Part shown: in pieces, positions 1 to 12,764 of the stretch
Numbering within the stretch: the stretch's first letter is position 1
How the letters are laid out: the number at the start of each line of letters is the position of its first letter
NCBI RefSeq assembly: GCF_000008645.1
Contig: NC_000916.1
Location: forward strand, 960,001 to 992,000
Source: Methanothermobacter thermautotrophicus str. Delta H
GTDB lineage: Archaea > Methanobacteriota > Methanobacteria > Methanobacteriales > Methanothermobacteraceae
DNA: 32,000 nucleotides
Direction of reading: 5' to 3'
Notes under the pieces: model-generated
What the model was told of the DNA's origin: nothing
What the model saw: only the letters and a program-made list of their open reading frames with translations
Databases searched by the model: none
Program-made: the position numbers and the translations under genes

Positions 1-864
1 TCAGGGGTCATCGACGAGAAGGCCTACGGTGCCTTCGCAGGTAAGATCCTCGACCATATCGTCAAGGAGTACGGCACCGACGCCGCAAGGGAATTCCTTG
101 ACTCAGCAACCAAACTCGCCATCGCAGGTATAATGCACGCGGGTTTCACCACAAGTACCAACGATGAGGAGATCCCTGAGGAGGCACGTGAGCGAATAGA
201 GGCCCACCTGCGGAACGCAGAGGCACGGGTGGACCAGCTCATTGAGGCCTACGAGAACGGTGAACTCGAACCGCTACCCGGAAGGAGCCTCGAGGAGACC
301 CTGGAGATGAAGATAATGCAGGTCCTCGGTGAAGCAAGGGACAAGTCAGGGGAAATCGCAGAGAGCTACTTCGACATGGACGAAAACCATGCCGTCATAA
401 TGGCACTGACCGGTGCAAGGGGTTCAATGCTCAACCTCACCCAGATAACAGCCTGTGTGGGGCAGCAGTCCGTCAGGGGTGGCCGTATCAGCAGAGGATA
501 TGATAACAGGACACTCCCACACTTCAAGAAGGGAGAACTCGGGGCAAAATCCCGTGGATTCGTACACTCAAGTTACAAGGAGGGCCTTGACCCAATAGAA
601 TTCTTCTTCCACGCCATGGGGGGAAGAGAGGGTCTCGTTGATACAGCCATCCGTACAGCCCAGAGCGGTTACATGCAGAGGCGTCTCGTAAACGCCCTCC
701 AGGACCTCACAGTCGATGAGAACGGCAGGGTCGTTGATAACAGGGGCGTGATAATACAGAACCGCTTCGGTGAAGACGGCGTTGATCCGGCCAAGAGTGA
801 CTACGGAAAGATAGTGGACCTTGATAAACTCGTAGAGGAGATAAGGCTCAAGTCAAAGGGGTAA
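1..864 (+). CDS. rpoA1: DNA-directed RNA polymerase subunit A' (rpo1N), 3' portion, truncated by window start
   Basis: Frame 1 is open from base 1 (SGVIDEKAYGAFAGKILDHIVKEYG...). It continues into ORF 133..864 with the RNAP large-subunit signature ALTGARGSMLNLTQITACVGQQSVRGGRI, and is followed directly by the A'' gene. Confidence 0.96.
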   Translation, partial: SGVIDEKAYGAFAGKILDHIVKEYGTDAAREFLDSATKLAIAGIMHAGFTTSTNDEEIPEEARERIEAHLRNAEARVDQLIEAYENGELEPLPGRSLEETLEMKIMQVLGEARDKSGEIAESYFDMDENHAVIMALTGARGSMLNLTQITACVGQQSVRGGRISRGYDNRTLPHFKKGELGAKSRGFVHSSYKEGLDPIEFFFHAMGGREGLVDTAIRTAQSGYMQRRLVNALQDLTVDENGRVVDNRGVIIQNRFGEDGVDPAKSDYGKIVDLDKLVEEIRLKSKG

Positions 865-2229
<1,365 letters not shown>

Positions 2230-2239
2230 GAGGCAGTAG

Positions 2240-2536
2240 ATGGACATAGATAGAGGAATACGAGTCGCTGTAGATACTGGTAATGTTATCCTTGGATCAA
2301 AGAGGACGATTCAGAGCCTCAAACTGGGTAAGGGTAAACTGGTGGTGATGGCCAGCAACATTCCAGAGGACCTCAAGGAGGACATAGAATACTATGCGAA
2401 GCTATCAGAGATCCCGGTGTACACCCATGAAGGCACCAGTGTTGAACTGGGCTCTGTCTGCGGTAAACCATTCACCGTGGGGGCCCTCTTAATCCAGGAT
2501 CCAGGTGATTCAACAATACTGGAAATGGTGGGGTAG
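2240..2536 (+). CDS. rpl30e: Ribosomal protein eL30 (L30e)
   Basis: 98-aa [45 protein letters not shown]..., in the conserved position after rpoA2. Confidence 0.93.
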   Translation: MDIDRGIRVAVDTGNVILGSKRTIQSLKLGKGKLVVMASNIPEDLKEDIEYYAKLSEIPVYTHEGTSVELGSVCGKPFTVGALLIQDPGDSTILEMVG

Positions 2537-2542
2537 GTTGCT

Positions 2543-2974
2543 GTGACTATCAAATTTACCACAAATGAGATAAGGTACATTGCACTCTTTGAGAGCATGA
2601 CGGGTGCAATGGTGAAGGACTGCATCGTGGATGATGAAAACGGCAGGGTAACCTTCCTTGTCAAGAAGGGTGATATGGGTCTGGCCATAGGTAAAAAGGG
2701 AAGCACGGTTGCCAAGGTTCAGAAGGCCCTTGATAAGGGTGTTGAAGTAATAGAACACTCAAACGACCCCGTGGAGTTCATAAAGAACCTCATGGCACCC
2801 GCCAAGGTCAGGAGTATCAGGATACTCCAGAAGGAAAACGGTGAAAAGATAGCCACAGTCGAAACAGACCCCAAGAACAAGAGAATCGCCATTGGACGTG
2901 GCGGGCAGAACATTGAGAGGGCCAGACTTCTGGCCAGAAGACAGCATAACATAAGCAATATTATAATAAAATAA
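2543..2974 (+). CDS. nusA: Archaeal NusA-like transcription termination/antitermination factor (KH domains)
   Basis: 143-aa ORF with GTG start. KH motifs GLAIGKKGSTVAKVQKAL and RIAIGRGGQNIERARLLARRQHNI; syntenic between L30e and S12. Confidence 0.92.
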   Translation: MTIKFTTNEIRYIALFESMTGAMVKDCIVDDENGRVTFLVKKGDMGLAIGKKGSTVAKVQKALDKGVEVIEHSNDPVEFIKNLMAPAKVRSIRILQKENGEKIATVETDPKNKRIAIGRGGQNIERARLLARRQHNISNIIIK

Positions 2975-2995
2975 TCTTTACAGGAGGAATCTTAT

Positions 2996-3421
2996 TTGCC
3001 AGGACTTTTCGCAGCAAAGAAACTTAAAAGCAAGAGGCAGAAGTTCAAATGGAAGGACACACACTACAAGAGGAGATCACTGCGCCTCGACGTTAAGGCG
3101 GACCCCCTTGAGGGAGCACCCCAGGCCAGGGGCATAGTGATCGAGAAGGTTGGTATAGAGGCAAAACAGCCAAACTCAGCCATAAGGAAATGTGTCAGGG
3201 TCCAGCTAATAAAGAACGGAAAACAGATCACCGCCTTCGCACCTGGCGACGGCGCCATTGGTTTTATCGATGAACACGATGAGGTTGTTGTTGAGGGTAT
3301 AGGTGGACCTTCAGGAAGGTCCATGGGTGACATACCCGGTGTCAGGTGGAAGGTGACAAAGGTCAACAACGTATCCCTGCAGGAAATGGTTAAAGGGAAA
3401 ATAGAAAAACCTGTGAGGTAA
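2996..3421 (+). CDS. rps12: Ribosomal protein uS12
   Basis: 141-aa ORF. TTG start preceded by aggagg. [48 protein letters not shown] is characteristic. Confidence 0.96.
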   Translation: MPGLFAAKKLKSKRQKFKWKDTHYKRRSLRLDVKADPLEGAPQARGIVIEKVGIEAKQPNSAIRKCVRVQLIKNGKQITAFAPGDGAIGFIDEHDEVVVEGIGGPSGRSMGDIPGVRWKVTKVNNVSLQEMVKGKIEKPVR

Positions 3422-3426
3422 TCCCT

Positions 3427-3987
3427 ATGAGTTTAGTTTTTGATAAATGGGAACTGGACGAGGTCAAGGTTGAGGACATGGGCCTCGCCAAGTACATATG
3501 CCTTGACAGCATACTCGTCCCCCACACCATGGGAAGACACGTCAAGAGACAGTTCGCAAAGTCAAAGGTCTCCATTGTTGAGAGGCTCATAAACAAGGTC
3601 ATGAGGACAGAGAGGAATTCAGGTAAAAAGAACAAGGCCTACAAGATAGTGCAGGAAGCCTTTGAAATAATAAACCGGAGGACCAAGGAGAACCCTGTTC
3701 AGATCCTTGTTAAGGCAGTTGAAAACACATCCCCAAGGGAGGAGACCACAAGGATCAAGTACGGTGGTATAGGATACCAGGTCGCAGTTGACATCTCACC
3801 CCAGAGGAGGGTGGACCTCTCACTCGGATTCATAACCAGGGGCGCCATGCAGGCAGCATTCAAGAACAAGAAGTCCATAGAGGAGTGCCTTGCAAATGAG
3901 ATAATGCTGGCTGCAGAGTACGACACAAGAAGCTTCGCGATACAGAAGAAGGAAGAGAAAGAAAGGATAGCCAGATCCGCACATTAA
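3427..3987 (+). CDS. rps7: Ribosomal protein uS7
   Basis: 186-aa ORF with [43 protein letters not shown] and S7 C-terminal motifs; str-operon-like order. Confidence 0.95.
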   Translation: MSLVFDKWELDEVKVEDMGLAKYICLDSILVPHTMGRHVKRQFAKSKVSIVERLINKVMRTERNSGKKNKAYKIVQEAFEIINRRTKENPVQILVKAVENTSPREETTRIKYGGIGYQVAVDISPQRRVDLSLGFITRGAMQAAFKNKKSIEECLANEIMLAAEYDTRSFAIQKKEEKERIARSAH

Positions 3988-4004
3988 ACTTACAGGTGGT
4001 TTTA

Positions 4005-6197
4005 GTGAGCAGACGTGCAAAAATGATTAGTAAGATTAAGGAGCTCATGTACCAGCCGGAGTACATCCGTAACATCGGTATAGTGGCCCACATTGACCAC
4101 GGGAAAACAACACTTTCAGACAACCTCCTGGCTGGTGCAGGGATGATCTCCGCCGAACTGGCCGGGGATCAGCGCTTCCTTGACTTCGACGAACAGGAAC
4201 AGGCAAGGGGTATCACCATTGACGCTGCAAACGTCTCAATGGTCCACTCCTACGAGGGAAATGAATACCTCATAAACCTCATCGACACACCAGGTCACGT
4301 TGACTTCGGGGGGGACGTTACAAGGGCCATGAGGGCCGTGGACGGTGCAGTTGTTGTCGTATGCGCCGTTGAGGGCATAATGCCCCAGACAGAAACCGTG
4401 CTAAGGCAGGCCCTCAAGGAAAATGTGAGGCCCGTCCTATTCATCAACAAGGTTGACAGGCTCATAAACGAACTGAAACTGGACGCCAGTGAACTCCAGG
4501 AGAGGTTCGTGAAGATCATAGCTAATGCAAACAAACTCATCAAGAACATGGCCCCTGAGGAGTTCAGGGATAAATGGCAGGTTCGTGTTGAGGATGGAAG
4601 TGTTGCCTTCGGTTCAGCCTATCACAACTGGGCCATAAACGTCCCGATAATGCAGGAGACAGGCATAAACTTCAACGACATCTACAAGTACTGCACAGAG
4701 GACAACCAGAAGGAACTGGCCCAGAAGGTGCCACTGCACCAGGTCCTCCTGGGAATGGTTGTTGAACACCTCCCAAGCCCGGCCGAGTCCCAGGCCTACA
4801 GGGTTCCAATAATATGGTCAGGGGACCTTGAAAGTGAAGAGGGACAGGCCATGCTCAAAACAGACCCTGAAGGTCCCCTGGCGGTTATGGTGACCGATGT
4901 GAGTATAGACAAACATGCAGGGGAAGTCGCTACCGGAAGGGTCTACGGCGGAGCAATAGAGAAGGGAAGCGAGGTCTTCCTTGTGGGTTCCCACAGCAAG
5001 GCACGTGTCCAGCAGGTCGGTGTCTACATGGGACCAGAGAGGGTTAACACCGACAAGGTCCCGGCAGGTAACATCGTGGCCATAACCGGTGCCAAGAATG
5101 CAGTTGCAGGTGAAACAATCTGCGACACCGGCAGGAAGATAAAGGCCTTCGAGGGTCTTGAACACATCTCCGAACCTGTGGTTACAGTTGCAGTTGAGGC
5201 CAAAAACACCAAGGACCTCCCAAAACTCATAGAGGTGCTCAGACAGGTGGGTAAGGAGGACCCAACCGTAAGGGTTGAGATAAACGAGGAGACCGGTGAA
5301 CACCTCATCTCAGGTATGGGTGAACTCCACCTCGAGATCATAGCCTACAGGATCAACGAGAAGGGTGTTGAGATAGAGACATCCGAACCAATAGTCGTCT
5401 ACAGGGAGACCGTTGCAGGTACCGCAGGACCAGTTGAGGGTAAATCACCCAACAAACACAACCGCTTCTACATAGAAATTGAACCGGTTGAAGCATCAGT
5501 GATGCAGGCGATACAGGAAGGTAAGATAAAGGAGGGCCGTGTCAAGGGCAAGGAGATGGCCAAGAACTTCATTGAGGCAGGTATGGACAAGGAGGAGGCC
5601 AGAAGGGTCTGGGATGTCTATGAAAAGAACCTATTCATCAACATGACCCGTGGTATCCAGTACCTCGATGAGATCAAGGAACTCCTCATGGATGGATTTG
5701 AGAGTGCAATGGACAACGGTCCAGTCGCCAAGGAGAAGGTCATGGGGGTTAAAATAAAACTCATGGACGCCAAGATCCACGAGGACGCTGTCCACAGGGG
5801 TCCCGCACAGGTACTTCCAGCCATAAGGAAGGGTATCTTCGGTGCCATGATGTCTGCGGAGCCAGTGCTCCTTGAACCCATACAGAAGGTATTCATCAAC
5901 GTGCCACAGGATTACATGGGAAGCGCAACACGTGAGATACAGAACAGGCGCGGACAGATCGTCAACATGACCCAGGAGGGTGACATGGTAACCGTTGAAT
6001 CCACTGTACCGGTGGCAGAGATGTTCGGATTCGCAGGTGATATCAGGTCAGCCACCGAGGGACGATGTCTCTGGTCAACAGAGAACGCTGGATTCGAGAG
6101 ACTTCCAAATGAACTGCAGCACACCATAACAAGGGAGGTAAGGACCAGGAAGGGTCTCAGTCCTGAACCTTACAGGGCAGACCACTACCTGGGTTAA
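4005..6197 (+). CDS. fusA: Translation elongation factor EF-2
   Basis: Supplied ORF runs 3996..6197, but the internal GTG at 4005 ([15 protein letters not shown]...) looks like the real start, with gguggu upstream. GTPase motifs [31 protein letters not shown]; diphthamide-region C-terminus. Confidence 0.96.
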
Positions 6198-6310
6198 CCC
6201 CATTAAACTTATATAATTAAAAAGAATATAGGAAATTACCTTAGACAAACAGCATGCCCATTTGCTGGATCTAAAAAATCAGGCTAAACCATCATATATG
6301 GAGGTATATT

Positions 6311-7552
6311 ATGGCTAAAGAAAAAGAACACATGAACCTGGCGTTTATTGGACACGTAGACCACGGAAAATCCACACTAGTGGGACACCTGCTCCTGCAG
6401 GCCGGAGCAATCGCCGAGCAGCAGTTAGCTGAAGGTGAGGACAAGTTCAGGTTTGTCATGGACAGGCTCTCCGAGGAAAGGGAAAGGGGAGTTACAATCG
6501 ACCTTGCACACGCCAAATTCGAAACAGACAAGTACGAGTTCACAATCGTGGACTGCCCTGGACACCGTGACTTCGTTAAAAACATGATCACAGGTGCGTC
6601 CCAGGCAGACGCAGCAGTCCTTGTTGTCGCAGTTGACGACGGTGTAATGCCTCAGACCAAGGAACACGTGTTCCTATCAAGGACACTTGGTATAAACCAG
6701 CTCATAGTCGCAATCAACAAGATGGACCTCGTCAACTACGACGAAGAGAAATTCAACGCCCTCAAGGATGAGGTTGCAGCCCTCATCAAAACCGTGGGTT
6801 ACAAGCCAAGCGACGTTGAATTCATCCCACTCTCCGCCTTTGAAGGGGACAACATAACATCAAAGAGCGAAAACACCCCATGGTACAAGGGTAAAACACT
6901 CGTTGAAGCCCTCGACGACCTTGAAGCACCTGAAAAACCTGTGGACCTTCCACTGAGGATACCTATACAGGACGTCTACTCCATCACAGGTGTCGGTACA
7001 GTTCCAGTGGGACGTGTCGAGACCGGTGTCCTCAAGAAGGGTGAAAACGTCATATTCGAACCAGCAGGTGTAAGTGGAGAGGTTAAATCAATCGAAATGC
7101 ACCACGAAATGATCGAACAGGCAGAACCCGGTGACAACATAGGTTTCAACGTCAGGGGTGTCGGTAAAAACGACATCAGAAGGGGAGACGTTGCAGGACA
7201 CCTTGACAACCCACCAAAGGTTGCCAAGGAGTTCACAGCACAGATCGTTGTTCTCCAGCACCCTGGTGTCATAACAGTGGGTTACACACCTGTATTCCAC
7301 TGCCACACAGCACAGGTTGCCTGTACCTTCCTTGAACTGGTGCAGAAAATGAACCCTGCCACAGGTCAGGTGGAAGAGGAAAACCCTGACTTCCTGAAAA
7401 CAGGTAACGCTGCTGTTGTGAAGGTCAAACCAACCAAGCCACTGGTCATCGAGAAGATAAAGGACATCCCACACATGGGAAGATTCGCCATAAGGGACAT
7501 GGGACAGACAGTGGCTGCTGGAATGTGCATAGACCTCGTACCAGCAAAATAA
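6311..7552 (+). CDS. tuf: Translation elongation factor EF-1alpha
   Basis: 413-aa ORF with [31 protein letters not shown]; ggaggt upstream of ATG. Confidence 0.97.
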
Positions 7553-7586
7553 ACCCACCTCTTCCCTTTTTTACAGGAGGATTTAA

Positions 7587-7895
7587 ATGCACAAAGCAAG
7601 GATTAAACTGACAGGGACAGACCCTGAAAAACTGGCATACGTCTGTGACCAGCTCAAGAAGATTGCTGAAAGGACAGGCGTGGACATGTCAGGCCCAATC
7701 CCCCTCCCAACAAAGAGGCTCGTGGTTCCAACAAGGAAATCCCCGGATGGTGAGGGAACCGCTACCTGGGAGAAATGGGAGATGAGGATCCACAAGAGGC
7801 TTGTGGGTATAGAGGCCGATGAAAGGGCCATGCGTCAGGTCATGAAGGTCAATGTGCCTGACAATGTCAGCATTGAAATTGAACTCAAAAGTTAA
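7587..7895 (+). CDS. rps10: Ribosomal protein uS10
   Basis: 102-aa [60 protein letters not shown], typical S10; aggagg upstream. Confidence 0.96.
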   Translation: MHKARIKLTGTDPEKLAYVCDQLKKIAERTGVDMSGPIPLPTKRLVVPTRKSPDGEGTATWEKWEMRIHKRLVGIEADERAMRQVMKVNVPDNVSIEIELKS

Positions 7896-7934
7896 CTGGG
7901 GTGTAAACCCCTCTAACTAAATTCACCACCAAAA

Positions 7935-7944
7935 ACTATATAAA
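7935..7944 (+). promoter_or_regulatory. Archaeal TATA-box-like element upstream of the tRNA-Ser pair
   Basis: actatataaa lies about 33-42 bp upstream of the first tRNA 5' end in an AT-rich intergenic region. Confidence 0.55.
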
Positions 7945-7976
7945 TAAGAGTTTATCAATCTCTTTTATCTGATACT

Positions 7977-8068
<92 letters not shown>

Positions 8069-8101
8069 AAACTTTTTTCTGAACTGAAATCTAACTGTTC
8101 T

Positions 8102-8186
<85 letters not shown>

Positions 8187-8243
8187 TGAAAATAGGAGGA
8201 AGTGACCGCCTTCTGGTGGCGGTCAGACCCTTAAAAAAAATAA

Positions 8244-8786
8244 TCAGGTGTTTTCTTCTGAATCCCCTTTTCCTATCTCTGGAACCTTTAAAATGAGGGG
8301 TTCCTCTTCCATTGCACCGGAGTCATGAACCACACATTCCTGGATCCTTGCAGCTATTGAATCTGGATCCTCAACATCAACCATGTCCACCAGTTCAACC
8401 TGTCTCCGGAACCTCTCTATGGCCTCCTCCGGCATGTTCTCAATGTAGGGTATTGCACCGGTTGCACCGATGATCCTCCCTGTTTCCAGGTCTACACCAT
8501 TGCTGTGGAGGGCCTTCATGGTCTGCCCTGTGATGTGCCCCATTACCTCTGCACCGCATACAACAAGGAAGCGCAGGTTGGGGTTTGCAATAACGTTCCC
8601 AACAACCTTCTCTATCCCAAGGTTCTCTGTGTGAAGTGGACCTGAAATTGCAGCACCCGCCTTCACGGGTTCATCTTCCATGTGTGACCCGAGGGTGACA
8701 ACCGCAACCGGGCTTTCTTCATCACCAACCACATAGTCCCCAACTATGTGTGGCCAGTCTTCAGGTACGGGTTTCTTTTCAACCAT
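8244..8786 (-). CDS. MtrA-like corrinoid-binding protein (tetrahydromethanopterin S-methyltransferase subunit A paralog, apparently without the C-terminal membrane anchor)
   Basis: ORF 8244..8795, with likely start at the second Met ([35 protein letters not shown]...). Motifs [17 protein letters not shown] and [13 protein letters not shown] (position of the corrin-coordinating His) and [22 protein letters not shown]. The protein ends after about 180 aa with a hydrophilic tail. Confidence 0.88.
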   Translation of the reverse strand: MVEKKPVPEDWPHIVGDYVVGDEESPVAVVTLGSHMEDEPVKAGAAISGPLHTENLGIEKVVGNVIANPNLRFLVVCGAEVMGHITGQTMKALHSNGVDLETGRIIGATGAIPYIENMPEEAIERFRRQVELVDMVDVEDPDSIAARIQECVVHDSGAMEEEPLILKVPEIGKGDSEENT

Positions 8787-8799
8787 AAGAAACACCTCT

Positions 8800-8853
8800 T
8801 TAACCGTCAGTTAATTTTTAACTTTCGGTTAAAATTTAACTTGTAGTTAATGA
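8800..8853. promoter_or_regulatory. Putative operator array: three tandem 18-bp units, each with a perfect TTAAC-N5-GTTAA palindrome
   Basis: TTAACCGTCAGTTAATTT (8800-8817), TTAACTTTCGGTTAAAAT (8818-8835), TTAACTTGTAGTTAATGA (8836-8853), between divergent MtrA-like and TetR genes. Confidence 0.7.
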
Positions 8854-8854
8854 C

Positions 8855-8862
8855 ATATAAAT
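8855..8862 (+). promoter_or_regulatory. Candidate TATA box for the TetR-family gene
   Basis: atataaat lies directly after the third palindrome and about 70 bp upstream of the ATG at 8930. Confidence 0.45.
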
Positions 8863-8929
8863 CTTCCGGTGCAAAATGTTTTAAAATACCGGAACAGATA
8901 TTCATAGAGATACTGAATGGTGAATCCAC

Positions 8930-9556
8930 ATGGCCCCATCAAGACGCGAACGTGAACGTGAACGGAGACGTGAACAGATAATAAGGGCGGCAGAGAAGGC
9001 ATTCTTTGCACGGGGATACGACAGAGTGACCATGGATGAGATAGCCGAGGAGGCAGAGGTCAACAAGGCCCTCCTCTACTACTACTTCAAAAACAAGGAA
9101 TCCCTCTTCTTCGCAGTGAACCTCTACGGTGTCCGCATACTCCACAGCATGTACAGAAGGTGCCTGGAGCTTGACACGGATGGATACGGTAAGGTCAGGG
9201 CCATGGTGGAGGCCCTCTACAGCTTCTCAAAGGAACACCCCGACTACTTCAGGATATACTGCTACAGTGGCACCGAGAGGTTCGAGCTGAGTGAAAGTGA
9301 GGATGCGCGGGAGATAGTGGACCTCCGTACCGGAATGTGGAGGCTCATGGTTGAGGCCATAATGGAGGGCATGAATGACGGAAGCATCCGCAGCGACCTC
9401 GACCCTGTGGAGCTATCCATATACATCCATACACTGGCCATAAACGCCCTGAACCTTGATTTCACATCCAGGATGGTCCTGGAGGCCAGGAATATCAGCA
9501 GGGACAGGTTCTGGGAGGACCTTGAGGTTTTCCTTGAATCCGCCCTCAGGCCCTAA
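8930..9556 (+). CDS. TetR/AcrR-family transcriptional regulator
   Basis: 208-aa ORF. N-terminal [50 protein letters not shown] is a classic TetR domain. Confidence 0.93.
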   Translation: MAPSRRERERERRREQIIRAAEKAFFARGYDRVTMDEIAEEAEVNKALLYYYFKNKESLFFAVNLYGVRILHSMYRRCLELDTDGYGKVRAMVEALYSFSKEHPDYFRIYCYSGTERFELSESEDAREIVDLRTGMWRLMVEAIMEGMNDGSIRSDLDPVELSIYIHTLAINALNLDFTSRMVLEARNISRDRFWEDLEVFLESALRP

Positions 9557-9653
9557 TAAAATAACATCTAAACTCTTTCTCAACAGCACCACATAACTAT
9601 ATAAGTTTTTAGATACATAAGGGTATTAAAAGTTAAAGAGAGGAACTGATGAA

Positions 9654-10121
9654 ATGGATAATGACGATAACTTTGTGATAATAAACAACAGCAGAAAAGA
9701 TAAAAAGAGTCTTGGGCTCCTTGTTGATGGTCCAAACATGCTCAGAAAGGAATTCTGTTCAGATCTTGAATTTGTAAAGAACCTCCTCTTTGACAGGGGA
9801 AACCTCAAGGTAGGAAAGGTGCTGCTGAACCAGTACGCCTCAGATAAGCTGATAGAGGCCGTTGTGAACCAGGGCTTCTCACCCATGATAGTTGCGGGTG
9901 ATGTGGATGTTCAGCTCGCAGTTGAAGCCTTTGAACTCATACACAACCCCAACATCGATGTGGTTGCAATTATGACAAGGAACGCTGACTTCCTCCCCCT
10001 CATAAACATAGCCAAGGAGAACGGGAAGGAGACCCTGGTCATAGGTGCAGAGCCAGGTTTCAGTATAGCACTCCAGAACTCAGCAGACGACTCAATAATC
10101 CTTGGAAGCGAAGGGGTGTAG
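9654..10121 (+). CDS. NYN/PIN-like (LabA-type) domain protein, putative ribonuclease fold
   Basis: 155-aa [15 protein letters not shown]...[16 protein letters not shown]...[36 protein letters not shown]; the conserved Asp pattern resembles NYN domains. Confidence 0.75.
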   Translation: MDNDDNFVIINNSRKDKKSLGLLVDGPNMLRKEFCSDLEFVKNLLFDRGNLKVGKVLLNQYASDKLIEAVVNQGFSPMIVAGDVDVQLAVEAFELIHNPNIDVVAIMTRNADFLPLINIAKENGKETLVIGAEPGFSIALQNSADDSIILGSEGV

Positions 10122-10123
10122 AG

Positions 10124-10567
10124 GTGTACCGGCGAATACTGATACCCACAGACGGCTCAGGGGACGCCAGGAAGGCAACCCGGCACGCATTCCACATAGC
10201 AGGGATGAGCGGGGCAGACATACTGGCCATAAGTGTAGTTGACACGTCCTACAGGAAAATCTGGGACGAGGATATCAGCAGACGCCTTGAGGAGATACTG
10301 AAAAAACAGGCAGAGAAGGCAATATCCATCCTCAAGGAGGAATTCAGCTCTCAACAGGAGCTGGGCCACATGACAGAAACCCGCCTTGATACGGTTATAC
10401 TTGAGGGTAACCCCGCAGAGGTGATCCTCGAGGTCATGGAGGACGAGGACGTGGACCTCGTTGTAATGGGCAGCTCAGGCAAACACGGCCTTGACCGCAT
10501 AATATCCGGAAGCATAACAAGGAAGGTTCTTAAATCAGCCACAAAGCCCATGATGGTCGTTGGTTAA
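10124..10567 (+). CDS. Universal stress protein (UspA) family
   Basis: 147-aa ORF with alternative start. RRILIPTDGSGDARKATRHAF...DLVVMGSSGKHGLDRIISGSITRKVLKSATKPMMVV, i.e. the G-2x-G-9x-G-S USP motif. Confidence 0.93.
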   Translation: MYRRILIPTDGSGDARKATRHAFHIAGMSGADILAISVVDTSYRKIWDEDISRRLEEILKKQAEKAISILKEEFSSQQELGHMTETRLDTVILEGNPAEVILEVMEDEDVDLVVMGSSGKHGLDRIISGSITRKVLKSATKPMMVVG

Positions 10568-10569
10568 CG

Positions 10570-10989
10570 GTGATTGTAATGATAGGTAAAAGGACACTGG
10601 ATGATGAGAAACTTGCTGTGATAACCTTTACAGGGCCCTTCAGTAAAACACTGGAGGTCCTTGAAGAGGTTTCAGACTTTGTATCATCAAATGATAAACT
10701 TGAGGCCGACGGTGACCCCACAGTGATCTTCTACACAGCACCCCTCAAGGACGAGGGAAGATACGATGTGGGTATACCTGTAAAGGGCGAATCTGAGGGT
10801 GACGGGAAGGTGAGGATAGTCACAATCCCGGGCCATACTGTGATATTTACAGAATACTCAGAAGCCCGTGAGGAGGCCTACAGAAAGCTCATAAAATACG
10901 TTGAGGAGAACAGGCTGGACGTAATAGGTGCGCCAAGGGAGATCCTCCATGGGGATGTGAGGGAGATCCAGTTCCCTGTGGTCCTCTAA
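10570..10989 (+). CDS. Small protein with GyrI-like/effector-binding-type fold (tentative)
   Basis: 139-aa ORF (start GTG 10570 or ATG 10579). FVSSND..., YDVGIPVKGE..., IPGHTVIFTEYSEAREEAYRKLIKYVEE... resemble the GyrI/AraC effector-binding domain. Confidence 0.5.
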   Translation: MIVMIGKRTLDDEKLAVITFTGPFSKTLEVLEEVSDFVSSNDKLEADGDPTVIFYTAPLKDEGRYDVGIPVKGESEGDGKVRIVTIPGHTVIFTEYSEAREEAYRKLIKYVEENRLDVIGAPREILHGDVREIQFPVVL

Positions 10990-11109
10990 ATGTACTCATA
11001 AAATTGAGAACAGCCTACTGGAATCCACTGATTTTTCTCCCTTACCCCTCTTTACATGAAAAAGGTAACATTTCTCCTCTCTTTTCAAGAACTGCAGCCA
11101 GCGGTCAGC

Positions 11110-12243
11110 TCACCGGTTCTCCTCGACTATATCCCTGAATGAGTCAACCACGTACTGCACCTGCTCCTCTGTCATGCCATAGATGCTGCACTTGAACCAC
11201 TTTGTCTGGCCCCTCCTTATTCCAACTATACCCCTCTTCTTAAGTTCCTCATAGAGGAAAAAGCCCTTCCTTGGATGTGAAGCCGCTATCTCATGGAAAA
11301 CAGGGGTTTCAAACCTCACGAGGTCATGTTCCTTGGGTCTCACACCCAGCTGCTCTATACCCCCGATATCCTCAAGTTCAGAGACAAGGTAGCGTGTCTT
11401 CTTAACCTCCCCGTCCCAGCGTGAAACCCTCTCCCTCACATAGGGCAGAGAGGCCATGAGGGTTGCCAGTGGCGCTCCACGTGATGTGCAGCCCAGGAGT
11501 TCAAGCTCCTTCTTCTCATGCCTCCCTGACCTCCTGAGCACAGTGTCCTCCCACTCAGATTTCATCCCCAGCACACCTATAGGCCCGGAGGCCGCCATGC
11601 TCTTGTGACCGCTCCCAACAACGAAGTCAACCCCAAGTTCCCTGAGGTTAACCGGGAGCCTTCCCATGGAGTAGGCGCAGTTCAGGAGTAATGGGACCCC
11701 CAGCTTCCTGCAGACGTCCGCCACGCCACGTGCATCTGTCAGGTTCCCGTAGTTACCATCGACATGGGTCAGCACAGCAAGTTTAACCTCAACCCTGTCG
11801 ATGGTCTCCTCAAGGACCTCCCTGTAGGCTTCGGGTGTTACCTCATAGCTGGGGTGTCCGGTTGATGGCACCTCAACGATTTCAAGGCCGTTCCTCTCAG
11901 CTGCAAGGTGTGTTGTGTAGTGGGCATTTCCATCAACAACAACGGTGTCACCCCTCTCACAGAGTGCATGCATCACCGCAAATTTACCCTCCCTTGCACC
12001 ATGAACCGTCCTCACCGCATCGGAGCCTGTGAAGTCTGCAAGGTCATCAAGGAAGCAGTTTATCGCGGGCCTTGTGACCTGGTCCAGCCTCCCATCACAG
12101 TAGTCACAGACACTGTAACCATCCCCGAATTCATGGAGGGCCTTCCTTGCAGCGGCGGGGAGAACACCGCCACGCTGGAGGGGGTTGAGGTTGAGGTTAT
12201 CCCTTTCAAGTTTTCTTGTAAGACCATAATCAGCGCATTCCAT
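11110..12243 (-). CDS. pscS: O-phospho-L-seryl-tRNA:Cys-tRNA synthase (SepCysS)
   Basis: ORF 11110..12264 with likely start [11 protein letters not shown] at 12243. PLP-enzyme motifs: [55 protein letters not shown] (PLP Lys). N-terminal [34 protein letters not shown] is typical. Confidence 0.92.
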   Translation of the reverse strand: MECADYGLTRKLERDNLNLNPLQRGGVLPAAARKALHEFGDGYSVCDYCDGRLDQVTRPAINCFLDDLADFTGSDAVRTVHGAREGKFAVMHALCERGDTVVVDGNAHYTTHLAAERNGLEIVEVPSTGHPSYEVTPEAYREVLEETIDRVEVKLAVLTHVDGNYGNLTDARGVADVCRKLGVPLLLNCAYSMGRLPVNLRELGVDFVVGSGHKSMAASGPIGVLGMKSEWEDTVLRRSGRHEKKELELLGCTSRGAPLATLMASLPYVRERVSRWDGEVKKTRYLVSELEDIGGIEQLGVRPKEHDLVRFETPVFHEIAASHPRKGFFLYEELKKRGIVGIRRGQTKWFKCSIYGMTEEQVQYVVDSFRDIVEENR

Positions 12244-12754
12244 GATAATCACCAAGTAAGTCAATTATCCTGAGGTAAACCCTGTCCCGTTTTTCAGGAT
12301 CAACAACAAATACCCTTATGTCCTCCCTCTTTTTTATACTTTGAAGGGTTTTCCTGTGTACCGCTGCAATGAGGAGGACGTCAGAGCTGAGGACCTCGTC
12401 TACCGTCCTCCTGAATTCCCGGCTCTTAAGCTCCATGGGGCCGATTTCGTCTATGATTATGCAGTCATCCTCCAGCATGGCCCTCCGGATTGCAGGGACA
12501 GCCAGTTCATCCATGACCCCCACATTTACACCGTACCTTCCAATACGGGGGCCCTCTGTTTCAACTGACGCAAGGAGGCCCCTCCTGCCCGATGCTATGT
12601 CAACGACCTCAAATCCCCACCTTGAACCACCCACCCTCACCTCAGGTGTTATGATCCCCCCAACCGAAAAGCCCATGCCCTCAAGGTAATCCCTCAGCCT
12701 TCCAACCATGGTGCTCTTCCCGCTGCCGGGTCTCCCGGTGATCAGTATCTTCAT
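12230..12754 (-). CDS. Nucleoside-triphosphatase, THEP1 family
   Basis: ORF 12230..12790 with likely start at [40 protein letters not shown]. Walker A and Walker B-like [14 protein letters not shown] are typical of THEP1 NTPases. Confidence 0.88.
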   Translation of the reverse strand: MKILITGRPGSGKSTMVGRLRDYLEGMGFSVGGIITPEVRVGGSRWGFEVVDIASGRRGLLASVETEGPRIGRYGVNVGVMDELAVPAIRRAMLEDDCIIIDEIGPMELKSREFRRTVDEVLSSDVLLIAAVHRKTLQSIKKREDIRVFVVDPEKRDRVYLRIIDLLGDYHGMR

Positions 12755-12764
12755 CAGATTCCCC

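Noticed and set aside
10990-11109. Possible bidirectional terminator between the convergent GyrI-like gene and SepCysS
   Set aside because: The region has pyrimidine-rich tracts (tttttctccttacccctcttt, ttctcctctcttttc) but I could not find a confident hairpin, so I do not call a terminator.
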